Assembly: GCA_028023455.1 (NCBI GenBank)
Contig: JAQFVV010000011.1
Location: 4,464,001 to 4,528,000, forward strand
Source: Epiperipatus broadwayi
Taxonomy: Eukaryota; Animalia; Onychophora
DNA: 64,000 bases
Direction: 5' to 3'
The position numbers and the translations under genes were made by a program. Position 1 is the stretch's first letter. Each line of letters opens with the position of its first letter. Positions 38,002 through 51,000 of this stretch are shown piece after piece. Below the pieces are notes generated by a model. The model did no database searches. It saw only the letters and a list, made by a program, of their open reading frames with translations, and was not told the origin of the DNA.

Positions 38002-38648
38002 GGTAGTTGTAAATTATGCTTTGTACATCGTGTGGTGGCGCTGTTTCTGTGCATAAAGACAGAAATATCCCATTTACGCGGCCAAAGTCATGGCATATAG
38101 AACAATTCTGTTCATATTAGTCGTTAAGCAGGCCTATATGGCCCGCTGATGTTGTTTCCGATACTATGCAAATAGCGCGCACTTCACATATCTCTACTGT
38201 ATGATGTGAGGGTGTATGTAATTCAACTGGCCATAACTTTTAATGTTGATTCGAAGTAATGTATGTTACACCCTACCTGACGTACTATTACATAGTAATA
38301 ATTGTAAGGCCAGCCCTGTGTTTCCCTACACATGTTGGAAGGTGAAAATAATTTCAAAAGCGTAAGTCCAAACAGCATTTCCCAAAACACACAAATATAC
38401 ACGTTTTCACGAGAACAGCTATGAGACAAATCATAATCTTTGTTGAAGAACATACATTTGTAAATAAAAAGGCAAAAGTGCTTCTGTTTTCTTTTTGACG
38501 TTTAATGTAGAATGCTAAGAATAACGTAAACTTGTTGGAGCATGGAAACAAACTTTGTTTGATCAGAATAGTGCATCTTTTGGATGATCCTTCAGATCAT
38601 CAAAAACAGCGCCACCACATGATGTACAGTGTATAATTTACAACTACT
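38002..38648. mobile_element. Merlin-like MITE (647 bp) nested in the right arm of the large Merlin element
   Basis: ~48-bp TIRs (G/A)GTAGTTGTAAATTAT...TGTACATC(G/A)TGTGGTGGCGCTGTTT(C/T)TG. 8-bp TSD TATTTTTT at 37994-38001 and 38649-38656. The left arm near 32590-32620 shows the empty site. Confidence 0.88.
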
Positions 38649-39919
38649 TATTTTTTACCGCAGATCTCTATAAATCTATTTTAAAAACTTATAATATTTA
38701 AATGATATGCCATAATTTCAAAGCAGAGAATAATTAATTTGATAAATTTTTGGGAGACAATTAGAAGCTCTCTGCTATAATGTTCTTATTGCTTTTTAGC
38801 TTATATAAATCGTTGCTTTGATATCTGATCGCACAGGCATATTTGCAAATGTTGAAAGTCTTTTATTTTTTAAATATTGATGAAATTTGGTATATTTTTA
38901 AAAAGTACTTATTCTTGATCATGGGTTATATATTGGACCAAATTCTGTTTTTATAATTTATAACTTATTTTTTAAATAGCTATGGGCTCGTTATCTATAT
39001 TTAATTACTTAATAAGTATTAATCTGTTATTAAGGTTTGTAAATTATTACACTCCATGTAATAGTGTTGAAAGTCGGAGGAATTTTTTTTAAAAAATGTA
39101 CTGCATTCCACCATAATGAAGTTTCGTTAACTTTTTTGAGATTTAGTATTATAGTTTTTAGGTTTTTGTAATTCGAATTTTATAGCATTTTCTTCGATTT
39201 TTTTATTTATTTGCATTTAGATTTGTTCGATTTACTTTGTTTTAGGTGTTTTAATTTTTCAATTTCAGCGATTTTTGGATAGAATTCTTCATTGGGGGGG
39301 GGTGCATTTGAAATATTTTCACTGATTTCTGTTTTTGTAATTAGAATTTTATAGCATTTTCTTTGATTTTTTTATTTTATTTATATTTTAGGATTTGTTT
39401 GATTTACTTTGCCTTGGGCATTTTAATTTTTCGATTTCAGCAATTTTTGAATAGAATTCTTCATTGGGGGTTTGACATATTTTTACCAATTTCTGTTTTT
39501 CTAATTCGAATTTTATAGTGTTTTCACCTTTTTTTTTATTTATTTGTATTTTATAAGGATTCATTCAATTTACTTTACCTTAAGCATTTTAATTTTTCAA
39601 TTTCAGCAATTTTTGGATAGAAATTTATCACTTGCAGGCTTCTTGGGGATTCTTGATGGTACTGCAGTGTCCCCTTACAGCCACAGTACACCTAATCAAC
39701 TAGTACCATTGTATCATCTGAAAGTTGTTACTTTGTGTAAACATTATTTACTTTGTATTTGGATACATTAACATAAAGTAGGGGTATTTTTAAGACCCAT
39801 TGCAACACTCAAAATTATTCTCAAAGTAAGTTGCGCAAATGCCAGTTTAACTCACTTTCTTTAAATATTGGAATTTGCCTTCATATTAAATAAAAATTAA
39901 ATCACAAGACTGAAATGGT

Positions 39920-40240
39920 AAGCAAGTATTGATTTTTTTTTGTTTAATGAGGCTATTTGGATATCCATTAGGAGAGTCTATTCAATATATTAGACTTATC
40001 TTCATGAAATTATAGTTTTATCTTCTGAGGCTGGTGTATACTGCTGGCTTCAATAGGAATTCTGGTTTCTTTTTATACATGTATTAGAGATTCTTTAAAT
40101 TAATACTTGTTTTAAATCGAACAATTCTAGATCTATTGGAAAATTTGACCATTGTTTTATTGCAAATATTAAAATCAAATAATTCTCCTGCAATAGTCAA
40201 TTTTTGATTATATAAACTAAATATATATATATTACCATTT
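39920..40240 (-). mobile_element. Possible degenerate Penelope-like RT C-terminal fragment
   Basis: Minus-strand fragments YKKKP and NGYPNSLI resemble PLE VYRKPT and NGYP..FI. It sits beside a hammerhead-like hairpin. Confidence 0.4.
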
Positions 40241-40307
40241 AAAAATATATAAAAAACTAAACAAAGGAAATATATATATATAAACAAAAAAATACTTATA
40301 TATCTAC

Positions 40308-40429
40308 GAAATAGTTTAATATTTCAACCAGAGGACTGGTTTTAATCAGAAAGAAATATATACAGTAAAATATATATTTATTTATTTCTGATTAAAACCA
40401 GTCCTCTGGTTGAAATATTAAATTATTTC
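40308..40429. repeat. 45-bp inverted repeat (1 mismatch), each arm a hammerhead-like motif
   Basis: Arms 40308-40352 and 40385-40429. The + arm reads ATTT CTGATTA A AACCAG TCCT CTGGTT GAAA TATT AAAT. Confidence 0.85.
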
Positions 40430-43400
40430 ATGGCTATAGAGGGTGTTGTTTGAATTCTCCCTAATCACTTTTAAATCTTAAATAATTAATTAAATAATTT
40501 TTAAGATTTGTGCTTTATTAAGTTTTGTTTTTTATTAAAATCACTTTTGCCATTTTAAATGAAAATCTTTTAATTGAAAGTTAAATTAAGGATATGTAAT
40601 ACATAAATTTAGATTTGTATTAAATAATTTCAAGCAATACTCCTTTGTGATTGCATTTAAATTTTTAAAAACCACAAATATTTGGGCTTGACTTATATAT
40701 AGTGCAACATGTTTTCAAAGTTATTGAAAAGAATATGATTTACATTAAAATTATTGATATTTTATCTTTTTGTTGTGATTTTAACCAAACAATCATTAAT
40801 TTTTTTAAATGTTTATTTGGAAATAAAAATTGTTATATTTTATAAAAGCTTCCATCTTTAATGGTTTATATAAGTTAAGAAAAATTTGTAGAAAAACATT
40901 GCAAGAAATCTTTTTACCAATATAATTTCAGTTTTCAAGATTCTTAGATAGTATAATTAATGGCCATAATTGGTTGTTTTTTATTACTTGATGTCATTTA
41001 CTGTTACTAATAGACTAATTTGACCAGAGTATGACAATAAACATTAAAGATTTTTTTGCATGAAGACAACCATTTTTCTGATTTAGTAATATTTGATGAT
41101 CAGTATTTCCCCCTAACATAACTTCACAGTTTTAGTTTCTATACATACATTCTCTGTCTAAAATAAAATAGAGATGTTAAAGTTTGCTTATTTTAGTGTA
41201 TGAGATTCTAATGTAGAATTTTATAGCATCTGAGTCCTTGATTATGTTTTTAATAGCATACAACTCCCTCTCCCACCATCTGCACATATGCTTCCAAATA
41301 TATTTTTTATACATCCATTTTTGTCAGTTTTAAAATGAGTCCTGCTCCCTCCATCCCCAAAGCTTATTGCTTGTGGAAAATCAGATATATTATTTGTTAT
41401 AACAAGAGTATTAAAAATGAAATTCATGAAACTAGATGAGATAGAAAAGTGCAACAACTGGCAATTAATAAATCCTGAATGGCAGCTACATACCAAAAAA
41501 TTAATAAATTAAACTAGCATTATTTTTAATTTTAACTTATCATTTCATGAGTCAAATAATTTTGAATTTTATATAAAATCATTTTTATAGGGATTGAAAA
41601 TGAATTTACATTGTCAATATATATATATTACTGATCCTACATTTACATGTAATAAGTATAGAGCCCTGGGCAATTTACATGTTTTTTATGAATAATGCTT
41701 GAACAATTCCAATTTTTATTCAAGTTTTAAAATGCAAATTGATTTCATAGTTTATTTTTTGTGCATAATCTGCAGTATGCTATAGATTTTTCATTCCGGA
41801 TAGACAATTATATTCATAATCTGTATCAAAAGTTTGGGGACTTTTAGGACCTCGTGTAAATTATATTTTAGGCATATTACTGTTATAAAAGGCTATTTAT
41901 CATGCATAAATTGTATATAATATTAATATTTTATGTATATGTGTGCACAATACTTTCAGATATCTGGAATCAAACTTCAGAAAGTAATTTATAATGAAAC
42001 ACACAAGTTTGCTTAGTAAACTAGTTTTTTTTATTATAGGAATTGTAATGGACTTTGAAAACTGTATTAATATGAGAAATTAAAAACATGTAAAGTTTAA
42101 AAATATCAATGTTATGTATATAATTTGAATAAATAATATCAAATAAATTATGGTGTTTTTTTTTTGTCTTAAACATCAACATAGTAAAAAAAAAAATTTC
42201 CATACTTACCCATCAAATTATCTTAATTTTCAAATTCTTTTTCTCTACAATATTTTATTTTGGTATGTACATTTCATTAAAGTTTTGAAAAAATATTATT
42301 TTAATAAAAAACTGTACAAAAGTTATTCAAGGTTTTGTATATTTTTATGTATAAAACTACATACAGTTGTTAAAAAAAGGTATCAAACTGAACTATATAT
42401 CCATATCACAAATGTTTATATATATTTACAACACATTATTGCTAATCTGTTCAGAGAATTAATCATAATGTTAAGACCTTATTTAAGTCTTAATATTATA
42501 ACTTGTATACAAATTATCTTTACAATTTATAATATCCTAACAAAAGTATAATCAAATTTAAACTTAGCAATCGGATGAATTCATATAGAACAAATTTCAA
42601 ACTTTATTTGTTAAGCAGATACTTATTAATATTGTTAATCATTATCAAAATATCCATCAACATTCAAACTGATCCACTTCAATTACAGCTATAATTCTTT
42701 ACTTCAGGACATCAATGTTTTAACATCTTCAAATTCTAAGCTTTTTTTAATTGAGTATATTAAATTTTAGTTTAATCAACTATGCATTTACTTTTCCTTG
42801 TGGATTTATGGCAGTTAAAACAAAAATTAACCAGATACTTGTTGAAATATAACCTGACATACTATATATAGATTTGAAGAAATTCATATTTCTCTTCAAA
42901 ATGAGGACTAATTCAATACCTCATGATCTGCATTTTAATTTTTATCAAAGGTATTTATGTTCTGACTGCATAATAATTATCATTATGAGGATAAAGGAAA
43001 ATATTCAATTTTATGAGTTGGAAGATACTTTTTTCCATTTCTATTTTCTTCAAGAAAGAAATAAGTATATTAAATCTTAAAGCCTATGTTGGAATTTTAT
43101 TTTTCAATTGAAGCTATGAGGTTAATAAAGCATATTTTAATTTCATTTCTAATACTTCAATTTATCTTCTATTATCAAGGCACTCCTGTATTTTCCAGCC
43201 CTTCATCATTTAGTATTTCCTACCATTTGTAAGCTTTCTGATTTCTATCTTCATTAACGTTAGTCCATTTGATTCTTGAATCTAAAATTATGTGATTTTT
43301 TTTTTAAATTATATTGACAACAGACAAAATATTGTCAATAACAAAGATTCATTAAGAGTACCGTGTATGATTTAGAACAGGGATTAACTGATGGACTTTA

Positions 43401-44223
43401 ACTCAAGATGCATGGATACAGCTTAGCTTTTTCATTTCCAGTGTTCAAATTTTATATGAATTTCTGAGGAATAATTTTTTTTTTTTAACTATTTAAAGTA
43501 AATCATACTAATCTATATTAAAAGCAATTTGATGAGAAATAATTATTATTTATTGTGTTCTTTTTGGATATAACTAAAAAGGAATTTGGTAAAATTATTG
43601 GTGCCAAACTTATGTAGATATGCTAACCATAGTAAGTTTTGCACTACAAGAATAAATCAGTTTTATGAATTCCCTTACAAACTAGCCTCAATGGAATTTT
43701 GTATTATTTGAATACAAGTATAATATAATTAAAGGGATTTGAATTCAAGCTCCCTTCAGCTATCCACTCATAAACAAACATGACCTCATACATGTGACAA
43801 AGATAAATGATCGATATACATTTCATACTGAACCAGCAATGTTTAGTTTAATGCATTTGAAATACTTTATAGTAAATTACTTTCTTAAATATGGAATAGT
43901 GGGTGGGAAAATATTAAATACATTCAATTTCACATATTGTAGTTAATTATTCTTAGAATGTTTTAAATAGCATTTTAAATTTAATGTATATATCATATTT
44001 AGTATGTGTACATAATTATATATGTATAATAAATCAGTAACTAAGTTTTTTATTTAAAATTGATAATTTTTATTTTAAAACAATTGTTTAAAAAAAAATT
44101 TTAAAATATAAATAAAACTATCAAACAATTTTAAATAGAAAACTTATTGATTTATTACCCATATGTAATTATAAACACATAATATATTAAATACTATCTA
44201 ATGATATACTAGTAATTATAAAT

Positions 44224-44950
44224 AAAATAGAAATCCATATAATATTACAATACTAACCAAAAAAAAAATTACTAAAATTCTTCCACAACCATGGTTCATC
44301 TATTAAGAAATAGATCTCAAGTGAAATTCAACTAAGCATTCCACATATATACACAAACAAAGCAAAATAGCCTTCCCATCATTCACTTCAAAAACCAATA
44401 TTTAATAAAAATATCTAAATCTGTTAATAAAGATTTAATTGTTAATGAGAATAGAGTTTATTTCCTTGCTGTATGTCATCAATTACTTTATAAGAAGTTT
44501 TTTATTGGGTGATATGCAAGTGGCTTTGAAGAAAGGCCTGAATAAATTCATTACTAAATAGTTCAAAACAGTTAATTGCAAATTTATTCCTGGAGTAGTT
44601 TATAAGATTCCTTGTAGCTGTCATAAGTCCATGAAAGAGTTAAAGTTCATAAGAGTAGAGTTAAAAACGAAATGAATACAGATATAAATTATTTGACAAT
44701 GCAATGAATTGAAGAGTAAAAGAAACTGATGGTAAAATATTTTGAATCTAAGGCCATTAATCTTATGAAAACATTCTTTGATGTGCAACAGAAGTTGGTA
44801 TTTGAAGTGAATGATAGGAAGACTTTGTATATGTGGAATGTTTAGTTGAATTTCACTTGAAAAGGTCTTTGTTAATGAAACCATGGCTGTGGAAGAATTT
44901 TAGGGAAAAAAATTTTTTGGTTACTATTGTAATATTCGGATTTCTATTTT
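44224..44950 (+). mobile_element. Penelope-like GIY-YIG endonuclease fragment with inverted duplicate of its 3' tail
   Basis: IPGVVYKIPCSCHK at ~44586-44627. The segment ~44224-44400 is the reverse complement of ~44790-44950. Confidence 0.75.
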
Positions 44951-45644
44951 AAATATACATTATATGATATACATTAAGTCTCTATTAACTTGCTGTAGAA
45001 ATATGTAATGACATATATACTATATGTGTGCTATTTAAAATAAAATTCTATGTATTAAGTGAAGTTCATTTATAATATATACACATTATTTTTCATAAAA
45101 ATGAAAACTATGGCATGTTGAGATTAAAAGAATTGTTAGAATATATCATTGGCTGGATTAATGATAATGCACCTATAGTACATTGGAGATATAAGTAAAA
45201 ATATATTCAACTAAAATTATTTAGCAAAAAAAATTTTTTATTTAATTTTATTTTTTTATAATGAAGGCTAATTCTTGAGGCAATAAAATATTTGTATAGA
45301 TGCTAAAATATTCAATTGTTTACTTAATATGAAATGATTAAATGATGTCTTGAATATTGAACCTTATATTAAAGTGATTAAACAAAACATCAAAATTAAT
45401 TATATAAAAAAATAAACTTTATGAGAATTATACTCTGATGTATGTAGCATAAAATCTACAGAAGTGCCATTTATCAATTGCTAAGAAATGTTTATTCTCA
45501 TGAATTGTGGTTGATATTAACCTAGTCAAAGGATAGAAAGACTATATTAAAGCAGAAAAGATCTTCAAAATTTATAGCCAGTGACTTGGTATTTGATCTA
45601 TATAATTATACAAATTAGTTGGCTTAGGTTCAAAACTATGGTAT

Positions 45645-46415
45645 TTTTTAATTTCAGGCTATTCGCTAGTTACTGAAAGCATAAGTGATTTTGAATTCTA
45701 GTCTTCATTATCCTTTGATTATTCGAGCTTCTCCAACAGATGATTAAAATAGGAATAAAGAACTGCATAATAATTTCTATGAACCAAAAATTTCCTTAAT
45801 AATTTGTCAACTTCTACATGTTATCTTTAGTTTTAAAGTTTATTTTAAGTCTTCAAATAATTATTTTCTTTCATTCGGACTATATCTGAGTGTCCCTTGT
45901 ATAATAACTCCATTTGCTATCAGTTGTGAAATAGAACATTACACATGGATAAATTTTCACGGGTGTTCCAAATTTGCTGGGTCATGTATCTTGGTCAAGT
46001 TTTAGGCCAATCTTATTTGATCCATTTCTTAACTAACTAGTCTCCAGCATTGTCCTTCATCCACTTCACCATGATTATACTGTTTATTACTTCAGATTTC
46101 ATAGAATCAATATAATTAACGTCTGAAACACAGCTAGTGTTCTTGTACATCCAGAGTTCTAGAAAGAACATCAGCATGTCTAATTTTCTTTCTCGGTTAT
46201 ATTTTTGAATTTCAGGCTATTAGCTAGTTACTAAATGCATAAGTGGCTTTGAATTCTAGTTTTCATTGTCCACTGATTATTCGAGCTTACAGCAGATGGC
46301 TAGAGTAGAATGAAAGAATTGCCTAAGTATTTCCATGAACCAAAAATTTCCTTAATAATTTGTCAACTTCTATGTTTTCAAGTTTATTTTAAGTCTTCAA
46401 ATCATTATTTTCTTA
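45645..46415 (-). mobile_element. Degenerate Ty3/Gypsy pol relic (RNase H end, start of integrase) with a ~225-bp direct duplication
   Basis: Minus strand gives KTRIQ...KEN.HADVLSRTL, WPK...WNTRENLS and ELLYKGHSDIVRMK. ~45645-45870 repeats ~46195-46415. Confidence 0.65.
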
Positions 46416-46913
46416 CTAAAATCCCTATATTTTTCTATTTCCAAAAATAGTCTATAGTTTTCATGTGGTGGTGTATTCAATAGCATATAAGATTCATGTA
46501 TATTGACATTATAATTTTATCTATTTTAACTTTTATTTAATAAATTCTTTTGTTCAGTTAGCTACATTCACAAGTCTTGCATAGAGAATTAACACAAGTG
46601 GCCTTTGTTTTTATAACTTGTAGGTAGAGTTTAATTTTTGTTTTGAAATATATAGTACAATTATTCAAAAAGTAACTAATAAGTTGGCAAAAGCAATTAG
46701 TAGATAATACAATTAATGTAGGGCTAAAAAAATTGTCCTTGAATTTGTCACACATCAATGCAATAAAAGCTTATCGTTAAAGTTATATCATTAAGTATAC
46801 TTAAATTATCTTTTATCATTTAATGCTAAGTTTAAAAATATATTTTTCTATAACTAACCAAATAATTGAATTTATTAACAAAAAATGGCATCTATTATTT
46901 GCATTCTTACTAG

Positions 46914-47085
46914 CTTCAAAATAATAAAACTTGACCCAATGACAGTTCTCAGTGAGTGGAATAATCAAATATTGCATGGCATCTATGTTCATGAATTTGG
47001 CATTAATACTAAAGGATATATCGGTGTTGAAATTCAATTTAATACCTATGATAAGGATTGTGGAGATTTCGAGACTATCAGATAA
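46914..47085 (+). CDS. Possible terminal exon of an unidentified gene (FKIIKLDPMTVLSEWNNQILHGIYVHEFGINTKGYIGVEIQFNTYDKDCGDFETIR*)
   Basis: cattcttactag acceptor, protein-like open frame to TAA. A phase-compatible candidate upstream exon lies at 43180-43228. No family recognised. Confidence 0.33.
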
Positions 47086-47806
47086 ACATTCTCATAAAAA
47101 TTAATATTAAAAAAACTCTAATATAAGAACTTATTTTTAAATGCATCTAAGACTGAAAATAACCATAAATGGGGTTATAGCATTACATTTAGTTTATCTC
47201 GCTGATAGTTTATGCAATTAATAGTCACAAAGCTTGAGAGATTATTTGCTATTCTTTGATTGATTTGAGAGTTTTCTATTTACATGTTTACTATGGACTT
47301 TATCAAGCAATTTGTTATACTTAAGATAAAATATTACGAAAAGGATAAAAAGAAAATTCAAATAAAAAAGAATAATATTGTAGCTAAATGTGTAATAACT
47401 ATCTTAAATGTGCAAATTTGAAGAATACTTAACTTTTTTTGCTAAACGAATTAACACCTTGTAATGAAGTCCCTTATTTTCTAAAAAAAATTGTATTTAT
47501 GCCATTACTCAAAATTTTTAATTTCTTATTCGTGTTTTACTATACTTTTTATCCTATGATAATTTGGCAATTGTCATTTAGTCTGTAAACATTTACTACT
47601 AAAACAATTTTATGCGTTTTACATAATGGTTTAACTAACAGAAATTATATTTTCTTTGATAGTTTGTATTCAAACATCTTTGCTTTAATCTATTATCAGT
47701 TTTCATTGATTTTCATAAAAAGTAAATTTCCTACATCGTGTTAATTGATTTGCAAAAGATTAAAAAAATAAACTTTTACTACTAAATATCAGGTATAAAA
47801 AAATAT

Positions 47807-48099
47807 TTATTTTACATTTCTTAAATATATTACATTAAGGGAAAAAACCTGAGCTATTAAAATTCCAGGTAACATCAAATTGTTTTCTACTCCGTTTATA
47901 CAATACTTCTTATCAACATAATATTTTGATACATCATGATTTTGGGCTATACTACCATTTAATCCAAAAACCATACATTGTTCTGTATTGTTGACAACCT
48001 GAAAACTGTCGTCCCATACTTGCTCACAGAAATTGATAGCATTTTTGAAATAATGGTCGAATGTTTCACATTTGTAACCATCAGGACAAACATTTGTTC
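47807..48099 (-). CDS. FOLR: Folate-receptor-like last exon (TNVCPDGYKCETFDHYF...LMLPGILIAQVFSLNVIYLRNVK*)
   Basis: ttttag acceptor, phase 1; TAA at 47809-47807; GPI-signal-like hydrophobic tail. Confidence 0.92.
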
Positions 48100-51000
48100 C
48101 TAAAACAGAATAAGACGTAAATCTATTATGTTTTTATTTAGAATACATCAATAGATTACAATGCTTTTTCCATTAAGGAATTTAATGGAGAAAGCAATAT
48201 ATAAAAACTGATATATGTATTTATATTTTTAAATTACATGTTTCCTAAAATTATAAACTACCAAAGGTGTTTAAGTGACTTTCTGTGCTGACAGATAGTT
48301 GCAATATGGTGGAATTGAAATGAAGGATATGCTGATAAAAATAAAAAAAATATGAAAATAATTTTTCCTATCTGAAACAGGAAAGTCTATAAAAGAGTGC
48401 ATTTTAAAAATAAAGTTGTAATTTGATTTTTTTATTATTTTAAAATGTTTAAATTTAGACTAAGTCAATTCCATAATTCACAATACCTGATGACCAATTA
48501 AAACCTCTCATCCAATTATCTCTGCAGGTTAAATCAAATTTGCAAGCCTCCCACCAACCTTCACATTCACTTTGACATAATGGAACTTTGTAATATCTTT
48601 CACTTCGAGATTTCATTTTAATCTAAAATTTTAAACAGTTTTAAAATGTTAACAAATGCAATTGAAAATAAAATTGAGCAAATAAAAAAAATATTACTTA
48701 AAAATTTTAAAGACTAATGATTATATAATTATAACTTAATAAAAACCTGTATCACAGCTAATATAACCATAGATAAGCTATAATTGGTGCAAGTTCAAAT
48801 ACTACAATAGTCTTATTATCAAGGGTCCTTGCCTAATATGACACCAGTTATTATTTTGTTTTTATTTATAAAGTGTCCCTATACTGAAATAGATAAAAGG
48901 TGGAATACTTTGAATTATAAGACCAACAATTAAAAAATAGCCTTATGACTGAACAAAACATGTCAGTAATTGAATGACTAATGTAGTTATGCCAATCCCA
49001 AACTACATATCGGAATGTTGAAGTAAAGTGTGGAATATTGTAAAACATGCAAAAGAATGAGTTGCAAATAAGTACAGGAAATTTCAAACTGCTACAATAA
49101 AGAAAAGTTTTTTCAATGTATGAAATAGATTAATCATGAATACATACCCTTTAGTAAAATGGTCATTCAGATAAAAGAAATTTACTTAAAAGTAAAGAAA
49201 AATAGCAATTCAAGTTAAGAAATGATTGGTTCAAAAGTAGAATAAAACTACATAATCTTAAGATTACCAGTGAAATAGAGATTACAATTTTTTATCCAAA
49301 TATCCTATTTCTTTAAAGAAAAATATTGAAGAAAGTAGATACATGGATAAATTTTTTAATCAGATTAAAGGATTTTATTCTGGGGTGTCTGCGAATCTCT
49401 GTTTCTTAATAAAATTGCTAAGCCTGTGTTTAAAATAGTTCAGTATTTTGATAAAATATAATGTTTAGGATTTTCAACTATAAGTTCTTATTGAAGTCAA
49501 AATATCAGTACTTTGAAATACTACAATCATTTCCAATTCTTTGACAGACAAGGATGGTTTTAGTTATCATTTTCATCCAGCTTTAAAAATATATATTGCA
49601 AGGAAAACAACATCACTTTTAAAAACATAACTGCATTTGGCTCGTGTAAAAATGTAAAAGCAATATTTTTATTTGTAAGTACTCTGTTATAACCCATGAA
49701 CCTACAAATTATTGTGACATTTTTGAACAAAGAATGTTTATGACTGCTAGTTTCTGAAGAATTCACATCAAAATTATGACTGAAAATATGTACAATGCTC
49801 AGCAACAAATAATTACATGCATTTGGGCATGAAAAAACATCTTGCCCCATTGTGGAAATTATAATTTGAAATTTTTCTTTCTAGAAATAAAAATATGACT
49901 TCAGAAATTACAAATATTGGGTGAAAATTTGATTTGTTCAGCTAGAAAATGTCGAGGCAAAGAAAATACTCAATTCCCACTTGGAAGGATCTGCTATTTA
50001 GGAACTTTTAGATCAACAATGTTAATTTTTTGAAGAAATTGATGAATAATGCAAACAAAAGCAAGAACTTATAAATAAACTTTGTTCGCGCTCTATAAGA
50101 ATTTGAAGATATTTTGTTGAATTGTTAGATATGAAACAGGAAGAGATGCTGATTCTAATTTCAATCAAAGCTTGTGAATTTCCAAGATATGCATAAAAAA
50201 ACTGTGTTGATGAATTTTTATAAATAATTTCTGCAACATTTTTTTTTTAATTTTATTAATTTGCTTTCGAAAAATCAATTTGTTTTTCTTATCTTTTCAT
50301 ATCATAGAAGTAATTATTGTATTTTAAATATAAGTGACTTTTCCAAAATTTATCAATTAATTGAGATATCACAGAGACAAAACTCTCCATGCAGTAGTGC
50401 CACTGAGTACAAGCCAGAGTAACAATGGATGCAGGAAGGTTTGTGCAATAAAATCTCTATCTAGTGCCTATTCATCCAATAACCCCAGACTAATTTCTAG
50501 CTAGTGGCTTTCATCAGTGAGGAACCTTGAATCTGATGAGTAGGCACTAGATAGGGATTTTATGCACAAACCTTCCTGCATCCATTGATTATTCTGGCTT
50601 GCACTGAGTGGCGCTTCTGTATGGAGAGTTTTGCCTCTGTGAAAAACAATTGTGTAAGCATAAAAATGGCCATCATATGATGTTTTAATGGTTTAACTGA
50701 GATATAGTAGTTATTGCATTTGTACTACAACGATTCACTTGAAAACACATTAATGCAGATATATAGTGATTACAACTTACTACTTGTTTGTTTTTGTTTT
50801 TTTAAAAAGAAATTTTAACATTTTTTCTTTTATTTCTAAATACAGTATATATCAAAATGAAAATTATGTTTTTCAGATGAAATTAAATAATATTAAGGAG
50901 CAAATAACTTCTATCTTTTAAAAAGGAATAATGATCACTAGATAAATATTTTTTTGCCTAAGGTTTTGTAAAACTTTAAAATGAAATAAATCCCAATTAC

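Larger units (their letters stand above)
31782..39707 (-). mobile_element. Merlin (IS1595/ISXO2-like DDE) DNA transposon with ~1.2-kb inverted arms and four tandem truncated transposase copies
   Basis: Both ends read GGTACTAGT..TTAGGTGTACTGTGGC...GTACCATCAAGAA. Left arm ~31782-33000 mirrors right arm ~37200-39707, which has extra sub-repeats. Transposase motifs VEVDKTL, KCFIV, IKQHIAPGSSIYSDCWK, VNHTYNFVD, GAHMQNLERLWG and EFMWR. No TSD found. Confidence 0.9.

Noticed and set aside
31770-39720. TSD for the large Merlin element
   Set aside because: Left flank CCAAAGAT and right flank ATTGTATC do not match at 8 or 9 bp.
41242-41496. 84-aa minus-strand ORF
   Set aside because: No recognisable motif and no convincing splice sites.
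49500-50230. Coding-like block including ORF 49560-49850
   Set aside because: Stops in all frames read and no diagnostic motif; probably an old TE but not classifiable by eye.
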